44,388 nt of DNA from Candidatus Omnitrophota bacterium (lineage in GTDB: Bacteria; Ratteibacteria; UBA8468; B48-G9; DTJG01). Made by a program: the position numbers and the translations under genes. Where the stretch lies: assembly GCA_023818375.1 (NCBI GenBank), contig JAMWCC010000126.1:2684-47071 (forward strand). The letters run 5' to 3'. The notes under the pieces were generated by a model that was given only the letters and a program-made list of their open reading frames with translations, ran no database searches and had not been told where the DNA came from. Below, one piece after another: positions 9,850-20,176 of the stretch. Each line of letters opens with the position of its first letter. Positions within the stretch are counted from its first letter, which is position 1.

Positions 9850-11198
9850 AGAAGTACTTCTTTCAATTGCTGGTAGTCGTTATCTATTGTTATGAAGTGT
9901 TCTTTTTTTTGATCAAGTTTTGCGATGGTATCAGGAACAACCGGTTCAATCTTCAAAATCTCCTGAATTTTTTCAGGGAATTTTGAAGGATGCGCGGTTT
10001 CAATGCAGCACACACAATCATTCAGGTTAGCCTTAATTGCAGCCGCAATACTGACTGCACCATGCGGCTCAATAACAATTCCATATTTTTCATAAACGTA
10101 TTTTATTGTCTGTTCTGTCTCATCATTTGAAATGGAAAATGAGATAAAATCTTTCCTCATTTTTTCCATATCTGGCATAATTTTAAGTACACCTTTTTTT
10201 ATAACATTTCCCTGTTCATCTCGCAGGTCAGTTAACCACCCACCATATAAATCGATCAATCTTGCCAAATTGCTTGGATGTCCCACATTCATTGCATTTG
10301 ATGGACATTTTTTTGATGGTACTACTGGATTATATTTTCCGGTTTCAAGAAAACGTGGAAATTCATCGTTTTCGTTAACTGCAACGATAAATTTTTTGAC
10401 AGGTAGACCCATTTCTCTGGCAAGAACTCCACCCATTAAATTGCCAAAGTTTCCTGATGGAACTGAAAAAACAATACTATTTTCACCAATTTCCGCAAAC
10501 GCCTTAAAGTAATAAACTGATTGTGGAAGTAGTCTTCCAAAATTAATTGAATTAGCTGAACTTAAATTTTTTTGCAAAAATTCTGGGTCATTAAAAGCCC
10601 TTTTAACCAGTGCCTGACAGTCATCAAATGTTCCTCTTACAGCGATTGCTTTTACATTTCCACCAAGCGTTGTCATCTGCTTTCTCTGCCTTTGTGTAAT
10701 TTCCTCAAGAGGAAAAAGAACAAAAACTTCAATGTTTTCAAGATTAAAAAATGCATCTGCAACAGCACCTCCTGTATCACCTGATGTGGCAACCAATATC
10801 GTGAGACTCACCCCTTTTTTTGATGCAAGGTAATTCATAATTTGTGCCATCAGTCGTGCTGCAAAATCTTTGAAGGATGCTGTTGGACCTCTATCGAGAT
10901 AAAGAATGTAGATGCTACTATCAAGTTTTTCCACTGGAACCGGAAAATTGTATGCCCGTTTACAAAGTTCTAAAAGATCAGATTCAGGGATTTCATCATG
11001 AACAAATGGCTTTACAATTTCAAAAGCAACCTCATAATAGGGTTTTCCAGCAAATTCTTTTATTTTTTCAAAAGAAAACTTGGGTAATCTTAAAGGCATG
11101 TAAAGTCCATAATCAGGAGCTTGTCCTTTAAATAGCGCTTGTGAGAATGATACTGGTTGAGATTGCCTGTTGGTGCTTCTAAAAAGAATTTTTTCCAT
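9846..11198 (-). CDS. thrC: Threonine synthase
   Basis: GPTASFKDF (PLP lysine), ATSGDTGGAVA, SANSINFGRL, PSGNFGN, SNAMNVG, TAHPSKF. Confidence 0.95.
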   Translation of the reverse strand: MEKILFRSTNRQSQPVSFSQALFKGQAPDYGLYMPLRLPKFSFEKIKEFAGKPYYEVAFEIVKPFVHDEIPESDLLELCKRAYNFPVPVEKLDSSIYILYLDRGPTASFKDFAARLMAQIMNYLASKKGVSLTILVATSGDTGGAVADAFFNLENIEVFVLFPLEEITQRQRKQMTTLGGNVKAIAVRGTFDDCQALVKRAFNDPEFLQKNLSSANSINFGRLLPQSVYYFKAFAEIGENSIVFSVPSGNFGNLMGGVLAREMGLPVKKFIVAVNENDEFPRFLETGKYNPVVPSKKCPSNAMNVGHPSNLARLIDLYGGWLTDLRDEQGNVIKKGVLKIMPDMEKMRKDFISFSISNDETEQTIKYVYEKYGIVIEPHGAVSIAAAIKANLNDCVCCIETAHPSKFPEKIQEILKIEPVVPDTIAKLDQKKEHFITIDNDYQQLKEVLL

Positions 11199-11203
11199 TT
11201 TAT

Positions 11204-12541
11204 TTATGTTATCTTGACGTTTTTGAAAGTCGGAAGATATTTCTTGTTTTTATTAAAAAGCTCCTGAACCATCTTTCTTATTTCAGCAAGTGACAACACG
11301 GCAGCACTAAGGGGATCATAAGCCACTGCATGGAAAACCATTTCTGGATCACCTTTCAAACAACCTTCAACAGCCATCAGTTCACTTGCGATATTAATGC
11401 TGTTAAGAGCTGCACACTGTGCTGGTAATGGGCCAACATGTATTGGGTTAAATCCGCGTCTATTTGCAAGCACAGGAACTTCAACGCATGCCTCACCTGG
11501 CAGGTTATCTACCAACCCGGTGTTAGGAACGTTTCCATTAAACAAATATGGTTCACCACCAAGATAGGCGTTGATAATATAGGCAGCATATTCATGTCCC
11601 CTTTCGAGGGAAATGGGTTCTTTACTTGCCAGCCATTTTTTAACTTGGTCTTTCCAAGTTTTTTCTGTTTTGAGATAGTGTTTTAGTATGAAGGCGTATT
11701 CACCTGGATTCCAGTTCGTTCCGCAAGTACAATACTTTTTAATCAAATCTTCTCTTTTTCTGAACCACCAATTATATTCTGAATTGTGCCCACTTGATTC
11801 AGTCACATAATACCCCAGTTGCAGGAACATTTCGTTTCTCACGATTTCTTTGTTGTAAATTTTTTTGTCTTTTCTAACCAACTCCTTCAATTTTGGATAG
11901 AGGTCTTTGTTATCCTTTTTAAGTTCTAAAAACCACGCCTGATGATTAATGCCTGCACAGACATAGTCAATTTCTTGATATTTTAATCCAAGCCATTCGG
12001 CAAGCATTGCTGCTGTTCCTTGAACGCTATGACATAAACCTGTTACCTTTACAGATGTTTGAGATTGCATTGCTTTACAGTTCATAGACATGGGATTTGT
12101 ATAGTTTAACAATATCGCGTCAGGACATAACCTTTCAATATCTCTACAGATATCAAGCATTACAGGTATAGTGCGGAGAGCGCGAAATATACCTGCGACT
12201 CCTCTTGTATCGCCGACGTTAAAGTTTACTCCATATTTTTTTGGTATCTCTATGTCATGCCTCCAAACATTTGTGTCACCAACTAGAATAGTACAAAGCA
12301 CAGCGTCCGCATCCTTTAACGCCTGTTTTCTGTCAAGTGTCGCTTCAACTTTTGCAGGATACTTTCCCAGTTCAATGATCCTATCAACTGCCTCTTTTGA
12401 AAAGGAAAGTCGTTCTTCATCGATATCCATTAAAGATATATGAGCGTCTCTCATGGTTTCAAATGTCAAAATGTCTCTTACTAATCCTCTTGTGAAACCT
12501 AAACTTCCTGCACCTATAAAACAAATCTTTGGCCTTGGCAT
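11204..12541 (-). CDS. melA: GH4 NAD+-dependent alpha-galactosidase
   Basis: [55 protein letters not shown]. Confidence 0.9.
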   Translation of the reverse strand: MPRPKICFIGAGSLGFTRGLVRDILTFETMRDAHISLMDIDEERLSFSKEAVDRIIELGKYPAKVEATLDRKQALKDADAVLCTILVGDTNVWRHDIEIPKKYGVNFNVGDTRGVAGIFRALRTIPVMLDICRDIERLCPDAILLNYTNPMSMNCKAMQSQTSVKVTGLCHSVQGTAAMLAEWLGLKYQEIDYVCAGINHQAWFLELKKDNKDLYPKLKELVRKDKKIYNKEIVRNEMFLQLGYYVTESSGHNSEYNWWFRKREDLIKKYCTCGTNWNPGEYAFILKHYLKTEKTWKDQVKKWLASKEPISLERGHEYAAYIINAYLGGEPYLFNGNVPNTGLVDNLPGEACVEVPVLANRRGFNPIHVGPLPAQCAALNSINIASELMAVEGCLKGDPEMVFHAVAYDPLSAAVLSLAEIRKMVQELFNKNKKYLPTFKNVKIT

Positions 12542-12568
12542 CTTTTCTCCTTTTTAATAAAAAAAATG

Positions 12569-13354
12569 TTATTCTTGTAACAGTTTGCCTGCTTTTTCAA
12601 TTAGGTTTTTCCAGTATTCACCAAGTCCAAGAACATCCGCTCCGATATTAATAAAATTATAACCTATTTCCTTAATTTCTTTAAGTTGACTGATGCCACA
12701 CGGCGTTGAACAGTACTTTCCATATTTTTTGCAGATTTCGGCTACCTTTTTTCTTGTTTCTGTTAGAACTGGATTTTGAAAATCTCCTGGTGTTCCTATA
12801 CCCTGGGAAAAATCACCGGGTCCAAAAAATACAATATCAATTCCTTCAAGCTGTACTATTTTCTCAAGATCCTTGAGTACCTCTGGGTCTTCAATCTGTA
12901 CCATCAGGAATCTTTCATAATTTGCCTGTTTAATGTATTCTTTTAGATCTAGTTGACAGTATTTTCCATCTGCATTGCCGCCATCAAGGGGTCTTCTTCC
13001 TATTGGATGAAATTTTGTATAATAAACAACCTGTTTGGCTTCATCAAAACTCATCAGATGCGGATAAATAATTCCTGTGGCATCAGCCTCGAGCGGCTTG
13101 ATGAGATCTGAATATGAACCTTTCGAAACCCTTACCATTGAATCCATATCGTACATTTTTGCAGTCCTTATCATGTCACATATTGTACTCCAGTCACAGC
13201 CAATATGTTCCATATCAAGCCAGACACAATCAAAACCTGCAATTGCGGCAAGTTCAACCGAAACAGGGTCACATATATTAATTTTTGTGCTAAGAGCAAT
13301 TTTTTTATTTCTTAATTTTCTAAGAACGCGACTTTTCCTTATTTCTAATCCCAT
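12569..13354 (-). CDS. HpcH/HpaI aldolase family protein
   Basis: GFDCVWLDMEH, PIGRR, VQIED, FFGPGDFSQ. Start refined to ATG 13354 after SD AAAGGAG. Confidence 0.88.
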   Translation of the reverse strand: MGLEIRKSRVLRKLRNKKIALSTKINICDPVSVELAAIAGFDCVWLDMEHIGCDWSTICDMIRTAKMYDMDSMVRVSKGSYSDLIKPLEADATGIIYPHLMSFDEAKQVVYYTKFHPIGRRPLDGGNADGKYCQLDLKEYIKQANYERFLMVQIEDPEVLKDLEKIVQLEGIDIVFFGPGDFSQGIGTPGDFQNPVLTETRKKVAEICKKYGKYCSTPCGISQLKEIKEIGYNFINIGADVLGLGEYWKNLIEKAGKLLQE

Positions 13355-14681
13355 AATTACTCCTTTTTCCAAGGTTATGGAATTCAATCGGATTATCCCA
13401 GAGAATAGATTTTGCAATTGATTTTGCTGTCTCAAGATTGAATTCCTTTTTAGTCACTTTTTCAGCCAGGACGTCGTAAAGCACGTTTTTGAGCAAAAGG
13501 ACTGTTCCTGCGAAGCACTCAGCTGTTCCGCAGTCCGTTCCGACTAAAATCTTATTGACCGGAACCATATCCAATGCCTCGGAAAGTATCCTACGTCCCA
13601 ATGTTTGGCTTAATAATGGAGTCCAGGAAATATCAAAATAACAATTTCTGAAGGTTCTTGCCATAATCATCGCTTTTCCTTCATTAGGCCAACCACTATG
13701 AGAAATAGCTATTTTCAGTTCCTTAAGCGAATTATCTTGGAGCAGACATATAAGATTTTCGGGATCTCCATTTTCGGTTGGAATGCTGTACCCAGTGTGA
13801 ACAATTAAAGGAAGCCCTTTATCATTGGCCATAATCAAGAGTTGTTTCAATAAAAAGTCCTGGAGTACCAGCAAAGCACTTTTAGAAAGAACATCAAACC
13901 CTATAGAGAATAGATGTTGGGCTCTTTTCTCATCAACATTTTCAATCCTTAGGGTTCTGAAATATGAAATCAACAGTTTCACCGACTTTCCTCCGCTCTT
14001 TTTAAAAACATCAAGAACATCGTTACAGAATGAGAGATAATCTTGCAGATTTCTTGGATATTTTCTAATGATATCAAACGACATTTCTCTTGCCCTATGC
14101 TGGATCTCAAAACCAGTGAAGGCATACCCATCTAAAACAAGAGACAAAACCAGTAATTCCATCTGGGATTTCTTTTCTTTTTCCGGCAACGAATCAAGAT
14201 GTGTTGTAACATACGGTAAGGTGGCAATGTGGACCTGTTTAAGAACTTTTAACTTTTTACATGCAATCCTTTGCCATTTTCTCTCGCCGTATTTTCTGTA
14301 TGCCATTTGTATGCTTTTGTCGATTTCTTTCCAGTTCTGAAAACAGATGTCATCCTCTTTAAAAGGGTGTAGCAACCTTATACCCTCTCGAATTGCGTAG
14401 TATGTTGTCAAGCCTCGACACACTCTAAGAAGGGGTTCTATGTCATTGAAGGAGCACTTTCCATCAATTGCCTGTTTCCTTGACGGAACTAACTGTCTAT
14501 CAAGGCATGAACCTGAAAGATATGCAAGATAATCATTCATTAGAATACTATACAGTGTTCTTGGCCTTTTATCATCTACAGGTGTTCCTAGCTCAAAACC
14601 TGCCATGTGGCTGTGCATATCAAAAAAATTGGTATTGTCAATAAACCTTTTGAGCTCTTTTAATTCGTCTTCTTTTTTCAT
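13320..14681 (-). CDS. Amidohydrolase superfamily metalloenzyme
   Basis: DMHSH, VHTG, SHSG, YFDIS, VGTD. Start uncertain; ATG 14681 preferred over the TTG at 14750. Confidence 0.75.
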   Translation of the reverse strand: MKKEDELKELKRFIDNTNFFDMHSHMAGFELGTPVDDKRPRTLYSILMNDYLAYLSGSCLDRQLVPSRKQAIDGKCSFNDIEPLLRVCRGLTTYYAIREGIRLLHPFKEDDICFQNWKEIDKSIQMAYRKYGERKWQRIACKKLKVLKQVHIATLPYVTTHLDSLPEKEKKSQMELLVLSLVLDGYAFTGFEIQHRAREMSFDIIRKYPRNLQDYLSFCNDVLDVFKKSGGKSVKLLISYFRTLRIENVDEKRAQHLFSIGFDVLSKSALLVLQDFLLKQLLIMANDKGLPLIVHTGYSIPTENGDPENLICLLQDNSLKELKIAISHSGWPNEGKAMIMARTFRNCYFDISWTPLLSQTLGRRILSEALDMVPVNKILVGTDCGTAECFAGTVLLLKNVLYDVLAEKVTKKEFNLETAKSIAKSILWDNPIEFHNLGKRSNYGIRNKEKSRS

Positions 14682-14756
14682 TTCGTGGCCTTGATACAAG
14701 TTAATTTGAACTTGCCTATCATAATATTCTACAATGGTTCCTTGTGTCAATAATTC

Positions 14757-14785
14757 TTGATTTTTAAAAATTAATTAAATATACT
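14757..14785 (+). promoter_or_regulatory. Putative sigma70 promoter for the plus-strand catabolic cluster
   Basis: TTGATT (14757-14762), 17-bp spacer, TATACT (14780-14785). A divergent TTGACA lies on the minus strand at 14745-14750. Confidence 0.5.
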
Positions 14786-14852
14786 AAACTATGTAAGCCT
14801 AAAAAGATTTGCGTGTGCATTTGATTTTATCGAGAATATCGATTGTGAAAGT

Positions 14853-15110
14853 TTGAAAGTTGGGAATTATGAGATGGATATTAATAAAATTTTCGAGGTT
14901 GTCCAGAAGTATTGTACTCAACCAGAAAATATTTTGATTGGGAAGTACACAAAAGAAAGGACTATATTCTGCTTAAAGGGGAGGGTTCATATTTCCACAT
15001 TTCAAAAGATTTTTACGATTTTTTCCGCACGATTGCCACAAGGTGCGGATCGGATTCAAGAAACACAAAGGGCACTTGTTAAGGAACTTGTTATCAAAAT
15101 TTTAATTTGA
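14853..15110 (+). CDS. Small hypothetical protein (uncertain, possibly a gene remnant)
   Basis: 85-codon ORF filling the gap before the isomerase. No motif recognised. Confidence 0.35.
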   Translation: MKVGNYEMDINKIFEVVQKYCTQPENILIGKYTKERTIFCLKGRVHISTFQKIFTIFSARLPQGADRIQETQRALVKELVIKILI

Positions 15111-15121
15111 TAGGAGGAATT

Positions 15122-15883
15122 ATGAAAGTTGCATTGACCCTTTACACCTTGAGGGACTTTGTGCAAACGCCTTCTGAAATGGAAAAAACTTTTAAAAAGG
15201 TTAAGAAGATTGGATATAACACTGTCCAGCTTTCGGCTCTCGGTCCAGTTGATACCAGGGAACTGAAGAAAATGCTTGATGACGCTGGTTTAAAAGTTTG
15301 TGCTACCCATGTTTCTTTTGATAGACTACAGAATGATTTTAACAATTTAATTGAAGAACATCGCATTCTGGGTTGTCCTCATATCGCAATAGGTTCATTA
15401 CCTTCGAATATGCGAAACTATGAAGGTTACAGTCAGTTCGCAAAACTGGCTACTGAGATTGGGAGAAAAATTTTACAGCATGGCATGGACTTCAGTTACC
15501 ATAATCACGCTTTTGAACTTGTTAGATTCAAAAATGGAAAGACTGGGCTTGAGATTATATATGAAGAAAGTGACAAAAATGCAGTTCTTGCCGAAATCGA
15601 TACTTACTGGATACAATATGGCGGCGGTGATCCAGCATACTGGATAAAAAAGATGAAGGATAGAATCAAGGTTGTTCATTTTAAGGACATGGGCGTTATA
15701 GATAACCTTCCGACAATGGTTGAGATTGGTGAAGGAAATCTTAATTGGCCAGAAATCATTGAATCATGCCGTTATTCGGGAGCAGAGTGGCTTGTCGTTG
15801 AACAAGATACCTGCCAGCGCGATCCTTTTGAAAGCGTCAAAATAAGCCTTCAGAATCTTATGGCAATGGGACTAAACCCCTAA
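15122..15883 (+). CDS. Sugar phosphate isomerase/epimerase (xylose isomerase-like TIM barrel)
   Basis: LYTLRD, YHNHAFE, EIDTYW, HFKD, EIGEG, VVEQD. SD AGGAGG before ATG 15122. Confidence 0.9.
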   Translation: MKVALTLYTLRDFVQTPSEMEKTFKKVKKIGYNTVQLSALGPVDTRELKKMLDDAGLKVCATHVSFDRLQNDFNNLIEEHRILGCPHIAIGSLPSNMRNYEGYSQFAKLATEIGRKILQHGMDFSYHNHAFELVRFKNGKTGLEIIYEESDKNAVLAEIDTYWIQYGGGDPAYWIKKMKDRIKVVHFKDMGVIDNLPTMVEIGEGNLNWPEIIESCRYSGAEWLVVEQDTCQRDPFESVKISLQNLMAMGLNP

Positions 15884-15889
15884 GCATAA

Positions 15890-17011
15890 ATGAGTATTAG
15901 AGACAGGATACTTTGTGTTTACAATGGTAAAAAACCTGATTGCGTCCCCTTTGTTCTTGATCTTTCACACTGGTTTTATCATCATTACAGAAGAGCCTGG
16001 GATCTAACTATGCCATATCATAAACCGGATATCGACCTCATCGATATACACAAAAAGTTTAAAGCTGGTTTTTATGTTCCAATACTCAATATTGGATGGC
16101 GTGCAGTCTATCCAGCGGATGTGAGATATTCGGTTTGGAAAGAGAATTTCAATGGGATTTCTTCAATAGTCTGGGAATATGAAACTCCGTTCGGAAAGAT
16201 AAGACGACGCAGAATCTGGGAAGAAAAATCTTATTCCTGGCCAATTGTTGACTGGGCAGTTAAAGACAAGCAGGGCATAGAAATTTTACAATACGCACTT
16301 AGCAAGAGAGAATTTTTTCCTGAGTTTGATAGTTATAATGAATGGAACAACGCTGTTGGTGACATCGGGATTGTCTATATGCCTTTTGGTTATAGTGCGA
16401 TGGGGATGCTATTGAATCTCTGGATGGGTGTTGAAGGTACAATCTATGCAATTTGCGATATGGAATCTGCGGTGGTTGAGTTTGTTGAGGCTGTGAATGA
16501 AAATAATTTAAAACTTGTGGATTTACTCTGCGAATCCCCGGCTGAGGTGATTTTAATGGGAGATAATTTTTCTGCTGATATACAGTCGCCTCGTTTCTTT
16601 GAAAGATGGTCAAAAAGTTTTTATTGTGAAGCGATAAAAAGATTCCACAAGGCAGGAAAGAAGGTGGCGGTTCACATTGATGGAAGGCTTAGGGGTTGCC
16701 TGAGAATGATCACTGAAACAAAGGCTGACTGTGGTGATGCAATAACACCTTTACCAGCAGGCGATCTCAGTCCGATGGATTGCAGAATTGAAGCAGGAGA
16801 TGATTTTATACTTTCTGGTGGGATTTCACCCACTCTCTGGTTGGGCGAAGTAAACCAGAAAAAGTTTGAAAGAGCAGTCGTTGAATGGCTTAGTACTAAA
16901 GACAAGAGCTTTAGACTTATGGCTGCCGCTGGGGATCAGGTTCCACCGGGAGCAGAAATAAGCAGGATCATTTTGATGAGAGAAATGGTTAATCACTATG
17001 GAAGATTTTAG
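15890..17011 (+). CDS. Uroporphyrinogen decarboxylase / cobalamin-methyltransferase-like TIM barrel protein
   Basis: ETPFG, GDNFS....SPRFF, VHIDG, ITPLPAGD, GGISP, GDQVPP, typical of the URO-D/MtaA-CmuA superfamily. Confidence 0.75.
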   Translation: MSIRDRILCVYNGKKPDCVPFVLDLSHWFYHHYRRAWDLTMPYHKPDIDLIDIHKKFKAGFYVPILNIGWRAVYPADVRYSVWKENFNGISSIVWEYETPFGKIRRRRIWEEKSYSWPIVDWAVKDKQGIEILQYALSKREFFPEFDSYNEWNNAVGDIGIVYMPFGYSAMGMLLNLWMGVEGTIYAICDMESAVVEFVEAVNENNLKLVDLLCESPAEVILMGDNFSADIQSPRFFERWSKSFYCEAIKRFHKAGKKVAVHIDGRLRGCLRMITETKADCGDAITPLPAGDLSPMDCRIEAGDDFILSGGISPTLWLGEVNQKKFERAVVEWLSTKDKSFRLMAAAGDQVPPGAEISRIILMREMVNHYGRF

Positions 17012-17023
17012 GAGGGTTACACT

Positions 17024-17968
17024 ATGTTGACAAAAGAAAATTTCAAAGGCATCTGGGCAGGTGTTCCTATTGCATGGAACGAGGACGAAACATTTGATGA
17101 AAAAACCTACCGCAAAGATATCGAGAATTGCTGTATGGCAGGGATCTCCGGAATTTACACGGGTGGTACAACCGGTGAATTTTACGCACAAGAGTTTGAG
17201 GAGTTCTGTAGGATTACTGAAGTGACCGTTAAAGAGTGTAAGAACGCAAAAGTTCCTGTTATGATTGGTTGCACATCTACTTATACGAAAGGGGTCATAA
17301 GAAAAGCAATTTATGCGGTAGAGACAGGAGCCGACGCCATTCAGATAGCTCTCCCTTTTTGGTTAACTGTTCCTGATGAATGCGTTGTATCATTCTTCTA
17401 CGATGTTGCAAAGGAAATCGGAAAGACACCGATCTCTATATATTGTGCAGGGGATCGAATGAAAAAAAATCTTTCCGTGGACATGCTGCTACAGATAAAT
17501 AAAGAGGTTCCAACAGTATTTCACGTTAAAGGTTTGAACGTGCCCGAGGATGAAAGACGAGATGCCTGCTTTAAGCTCAGCAGAAGTTACAACATATTTG
17601 TGGGTGAACACCTTTTGTGTGAACTTGGCATGTATGGCGCTGTCGGTTCATGCAGTTCTTTTGTTTATCTTAATCCGCCCATTCTTTTACATATGGAAAA
17701 ATTGCTTTTCGAAAGAAAGTGGGATGAGCTTGGTACATGGTGCAGTAAGATAAGAGCTATAATATTTGAAGGGCTCATGCCATTTGCAAAAAAAGGTTGT
17801 GAAGATAGTGCGATTGATAGATTATTGGGCAGAGCAGCGGGTTTTTTAAAAACTTCACTTCGTTGCCGTAGCCCTTATCCATTCTGTACTGAAAAAGATC
17901 TTGAGACATTCAGAAGGTGGCTAGAGAAAAATTTCCCTGAATTCCTGAACCTTAGATGGAAAGTATAA
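17024..17968 (+). CDS. Dihydrodipicolinate synthase (DapA/NAL) family lyase, probably not DapA itself
   Basis: GGTTGEF, GADA, conserved Tyr (SIYC) and Schiff-base Lys (HVKG). Confidence 0.85.
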   Translation: MLTKENFKGIWAGVPIAWNEDETFDEKTYRKDIENCCMAGISGIYTGGTTGEFYAQEFEEFCRITEVTVKECKNAKVPVMIGCTSTYTKGVIRKAIYAVETGADAIQIALPFWLTVPDECVVSFFYDVAKEIGKTPISIYCAGDRMKKNLSVDMLLQINKEVPTVFHVKGLNVPEDERRDACFKLSRSYNIFVGEHLLCELGMYGAVGSCSSFVYLNPPILLHMEKLLFERKWDELGTWCSKIRAIIFEGLMPFAKKGCEDSAIDRLLGRAAGFLKTSLRCRSPYPFCTEKDLETFRRWLEKNFPEFLNLRWKV

Positions 17969-18759
17969 AGATTGGTAACATTGAGGCAATTGATGTACAT
18001 GGACATTTTGGCAGATACCAGACTGGAAGTTGGATTTACAGAGAACTTATGAGTGGCGACCTTTCCCTGGTTGAAAAACGGGCAAAACAGGCAAACACAA
18101 GACTCACCATAGTTTCGCCATTGGAAGCCTTTTTCCCGGAGCCGGGTAATCCTTTGAATGCTAATAAAAAAGCTATTAAACTTGTGAGAAACAAAGAAGC
18201 ATTTCTATTATGGGTAGTAGTTGATCCAAAAAGACCTGAAACTTTTGAACAGGCCAAAGTTCTTATAAGCGAGAGGAAGTGTGTTGGAATTAAAATTCAT
18301 CCCCTGCTGCATGATTATCCCATTAGTAAATATGGGGGGAAGATTTTTGAATTTGCTGCAAGACATAACATTGCTGTTCAATCTCACAGTGGCCAGAAAA
18401 ATTGTATGCCTGATGACTTTATCGTTTTCGCCAACTCTTTTCTAGATGTCAAAATCATTATTTCACATCTTGGATGCTCAGATAACCAAAATCTATTCCT
18501 TCAGATTAATGCAATTCTGAGAAGCAAATATCACAATCTTTTTACCGACACCTCAAGTTTTCGATCAATTTTCCCAGGGCTTATAGAACTGGCAGTTGAA
18601 AACGTAGGTGCTGATCGAATTCTTTATGGAACTGATACACCACTCTATTTTGCACCGTGTCAAAGGGCGAGGATCGATAATGCAGACATTCCTGATTCCG
18701 CAAAGCTTCTTATACTGAGAGAAAATGCTCTTAGGATTTTCAAAATCCGTCTGGTCTAA
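17956..18759 (+). CDS. Amidohydrolase family (Amidohydro_2-like) protein
   Basis: IDVHGH, GIKIHP, SHSG, SHLG, DTS, YGTDTP. Confidence 0.88.
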   Translation: MESIKIGNIEAIDVHGHFGRYQTGSWIYRELMSGDLSLVEKRAKQANTRLTIVSPLEAFFPEPGNPLNANKKAIKLVRNKEAFLLWVVVDPKRPETFEQAKVLISERKCVGIKIHPLLHDYPISKYGGKIFEFAARHNIAVQSHSGQKNCMPDDFIVFANSFLDVKIIISHLGCSDNQNLFLQINAILRSKYHNLFTDTSSFRSIFPGLIELAVENVGADRILYGTDTPLYFAPCQRARIDNADIPDSAKLLILRENALRIFKIRLV

Positions 18760-18788
18760 GATGGAGAGATAATTTTGGGTTATTATAT

Positions 18789-19781
18789 ATGATCTTTAAA
18801 ATAAAGAATGCAGACAGAAGAATGTGGAGAGAAATACAAAGGGAAATTCCTAAAGATATCTTTGATTTTCATACACATTCTTTCAACGTAGAAAGTTTTG
18901 TTTATGGTATACCGGAAGCCTTGAAAATTTATTTGCCCTGTGATGTAAAGACTACAATGCACAATCTTAGAAAAGCTTTTCCCGGAAGAAAACTCTGCGC
19001 ATTGATAACGGGATGGCCAACGAAGAATTCAGATATTCACAGACAGAATGAATGTGTTGCTTTTCAATCCGAGAAGAAAAATCTTTTTTTTCTTGCATTG
19101 GTCAGTCCTGAAACTAAAATTTCCTACATTGAGAAATTCCTCAGAAAAAAACACTGTCTGGGTCTCAAGCCTTACAAATGCTTCGCGCCGGCTCCTGAAG
19201 AAGCACGGATTACGGATTTCATAACACTCGAACAACTGAAAGTCGCAAATCAATATGGAGCAGTCGTGACATTGCATCTTTCCAAGAAGGCAGGAATTGT
19301 TGATCCTGTGAATTTGAAGGATATTTTGACACTTGCTGAAAAATTTCCTTTGATTACATGGAATCTGGCTCATTGTGGAAGGAGTTTTGTCCCATATTAC
19401 ATCGAGAAATATGCCAGCAGATTGGAACAATTAAAGAAACCTGGAATTTTTTTTGATACAGGAGCAATTACAGACGTTGATGTTTTCACATATTTCTTTT
19501 CTATATTCGGATCTGACAAAGTTTTATTTGGAAGCGATTCTCCAGTTTCTTTCTTACATGGAAAATGCGTTGGATTCGGATATGATTGGGCGTTTATTGC
19601 TGAAGAGACTCATAAGATAACCGCAAGTTTTCCAGTCTCTCCAGTTTTACTTCTTTATGAACAGGTGGCTGCAATGAGCAAAGCCTTCAAAAAAGTTAGA
19701 TTTAATGCGCAGGATCGGGAGTTAATTTTCTCGAAAAATGCCAGACGGATTGTCAAGTATGTGACAAGTAGAAAGCCATAG
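18789..19781 (+). CDS. Amidohydrolase family (Amidohydro_2-like) protein
   Basis: FDFHTH, GLKPY, TLHL, LAHCGR, FDT, FGSDSP, NARR. Confidence 0.85.
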   Translation: MIFKIKNADRRMWREIQREIPKDIFDFHTHSFNVESFVYGIPEALKIYLPCDVKTTMHNLRKAFPGRKLCALITGWPTKNSDIHRQNECVAFQSEKKNLFFLALVSPETKISYIEKFLRKKHCLGLKPYKCFAPAPEEARITDFITLEQLKVANQYGAVVTLHLSKKAGIVDPVNLKDILTLAEKFPLITWNLAHCGRSFVPYYIEKYASRLEQLKKPGIFFDTGAITDVDVFTYFFSIFGSDKVLFGSDSPVSFLHGKCVGFGYDWAFIAEETHKITASFPVSPVLLLYEQVAAMSKAFKKVRFNAQDRELIFSKNARRIVKYVTSRKP

Positions 19782-20082
19782 AGGAGATTCGTTTTCCCAA
19801 AAAATTTATTTGAGATTTTCCTTTTACCAGGCATTATTCTTTTCCGGATATATTTTTCAATTTCTCAAGATATTCATTGGTTTTATTGATTCAACAAGTA
19901 TGCTGTGTCTCTTATAACCAGCAATTGTGCCTTCGTTTTATTTTGTGTATGTTTTATTTCAAAACCCTTCAATCTGGCACAGGGCTTCTAAGGATACCTA
20001 TATTTAATCAAATCTCCAGCTCTTTTTCATTTGTGAGAAAACAATATGCATTCAGAGAAATTATTTTTGAGCAATCGGAGAT

Positions 20083-20111
20083 TTGAAAATTGATCGGCAT
20101 TTTGGTAGAAT
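20083..20111 (+). promoter_or_regulatory. Putative sigma70 promoter of the glutamate dehydrogenase operon
   Basis: TTGAAA, 17-bp spacer, TAGAAT, with extended -10 TG. Confidence 0.6.
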
Positions 20112-20176
20112 AACTTTTAATCAAACCGTTTTCAAAAAAGGTTGGCGAGGTATTGAATTATCAAGGAAAGGAAGGA

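Noticed and set aside
17024-17968. dapA / lysine biosynthesis
   Set aside because: The sequence is divergent and the context is catabolic, so only family-level assignment is supported.
19877-20086. 69-aa plus-strand ORF
   Set aside because: TTG start, no RBS, atypical composition; likely spurious.
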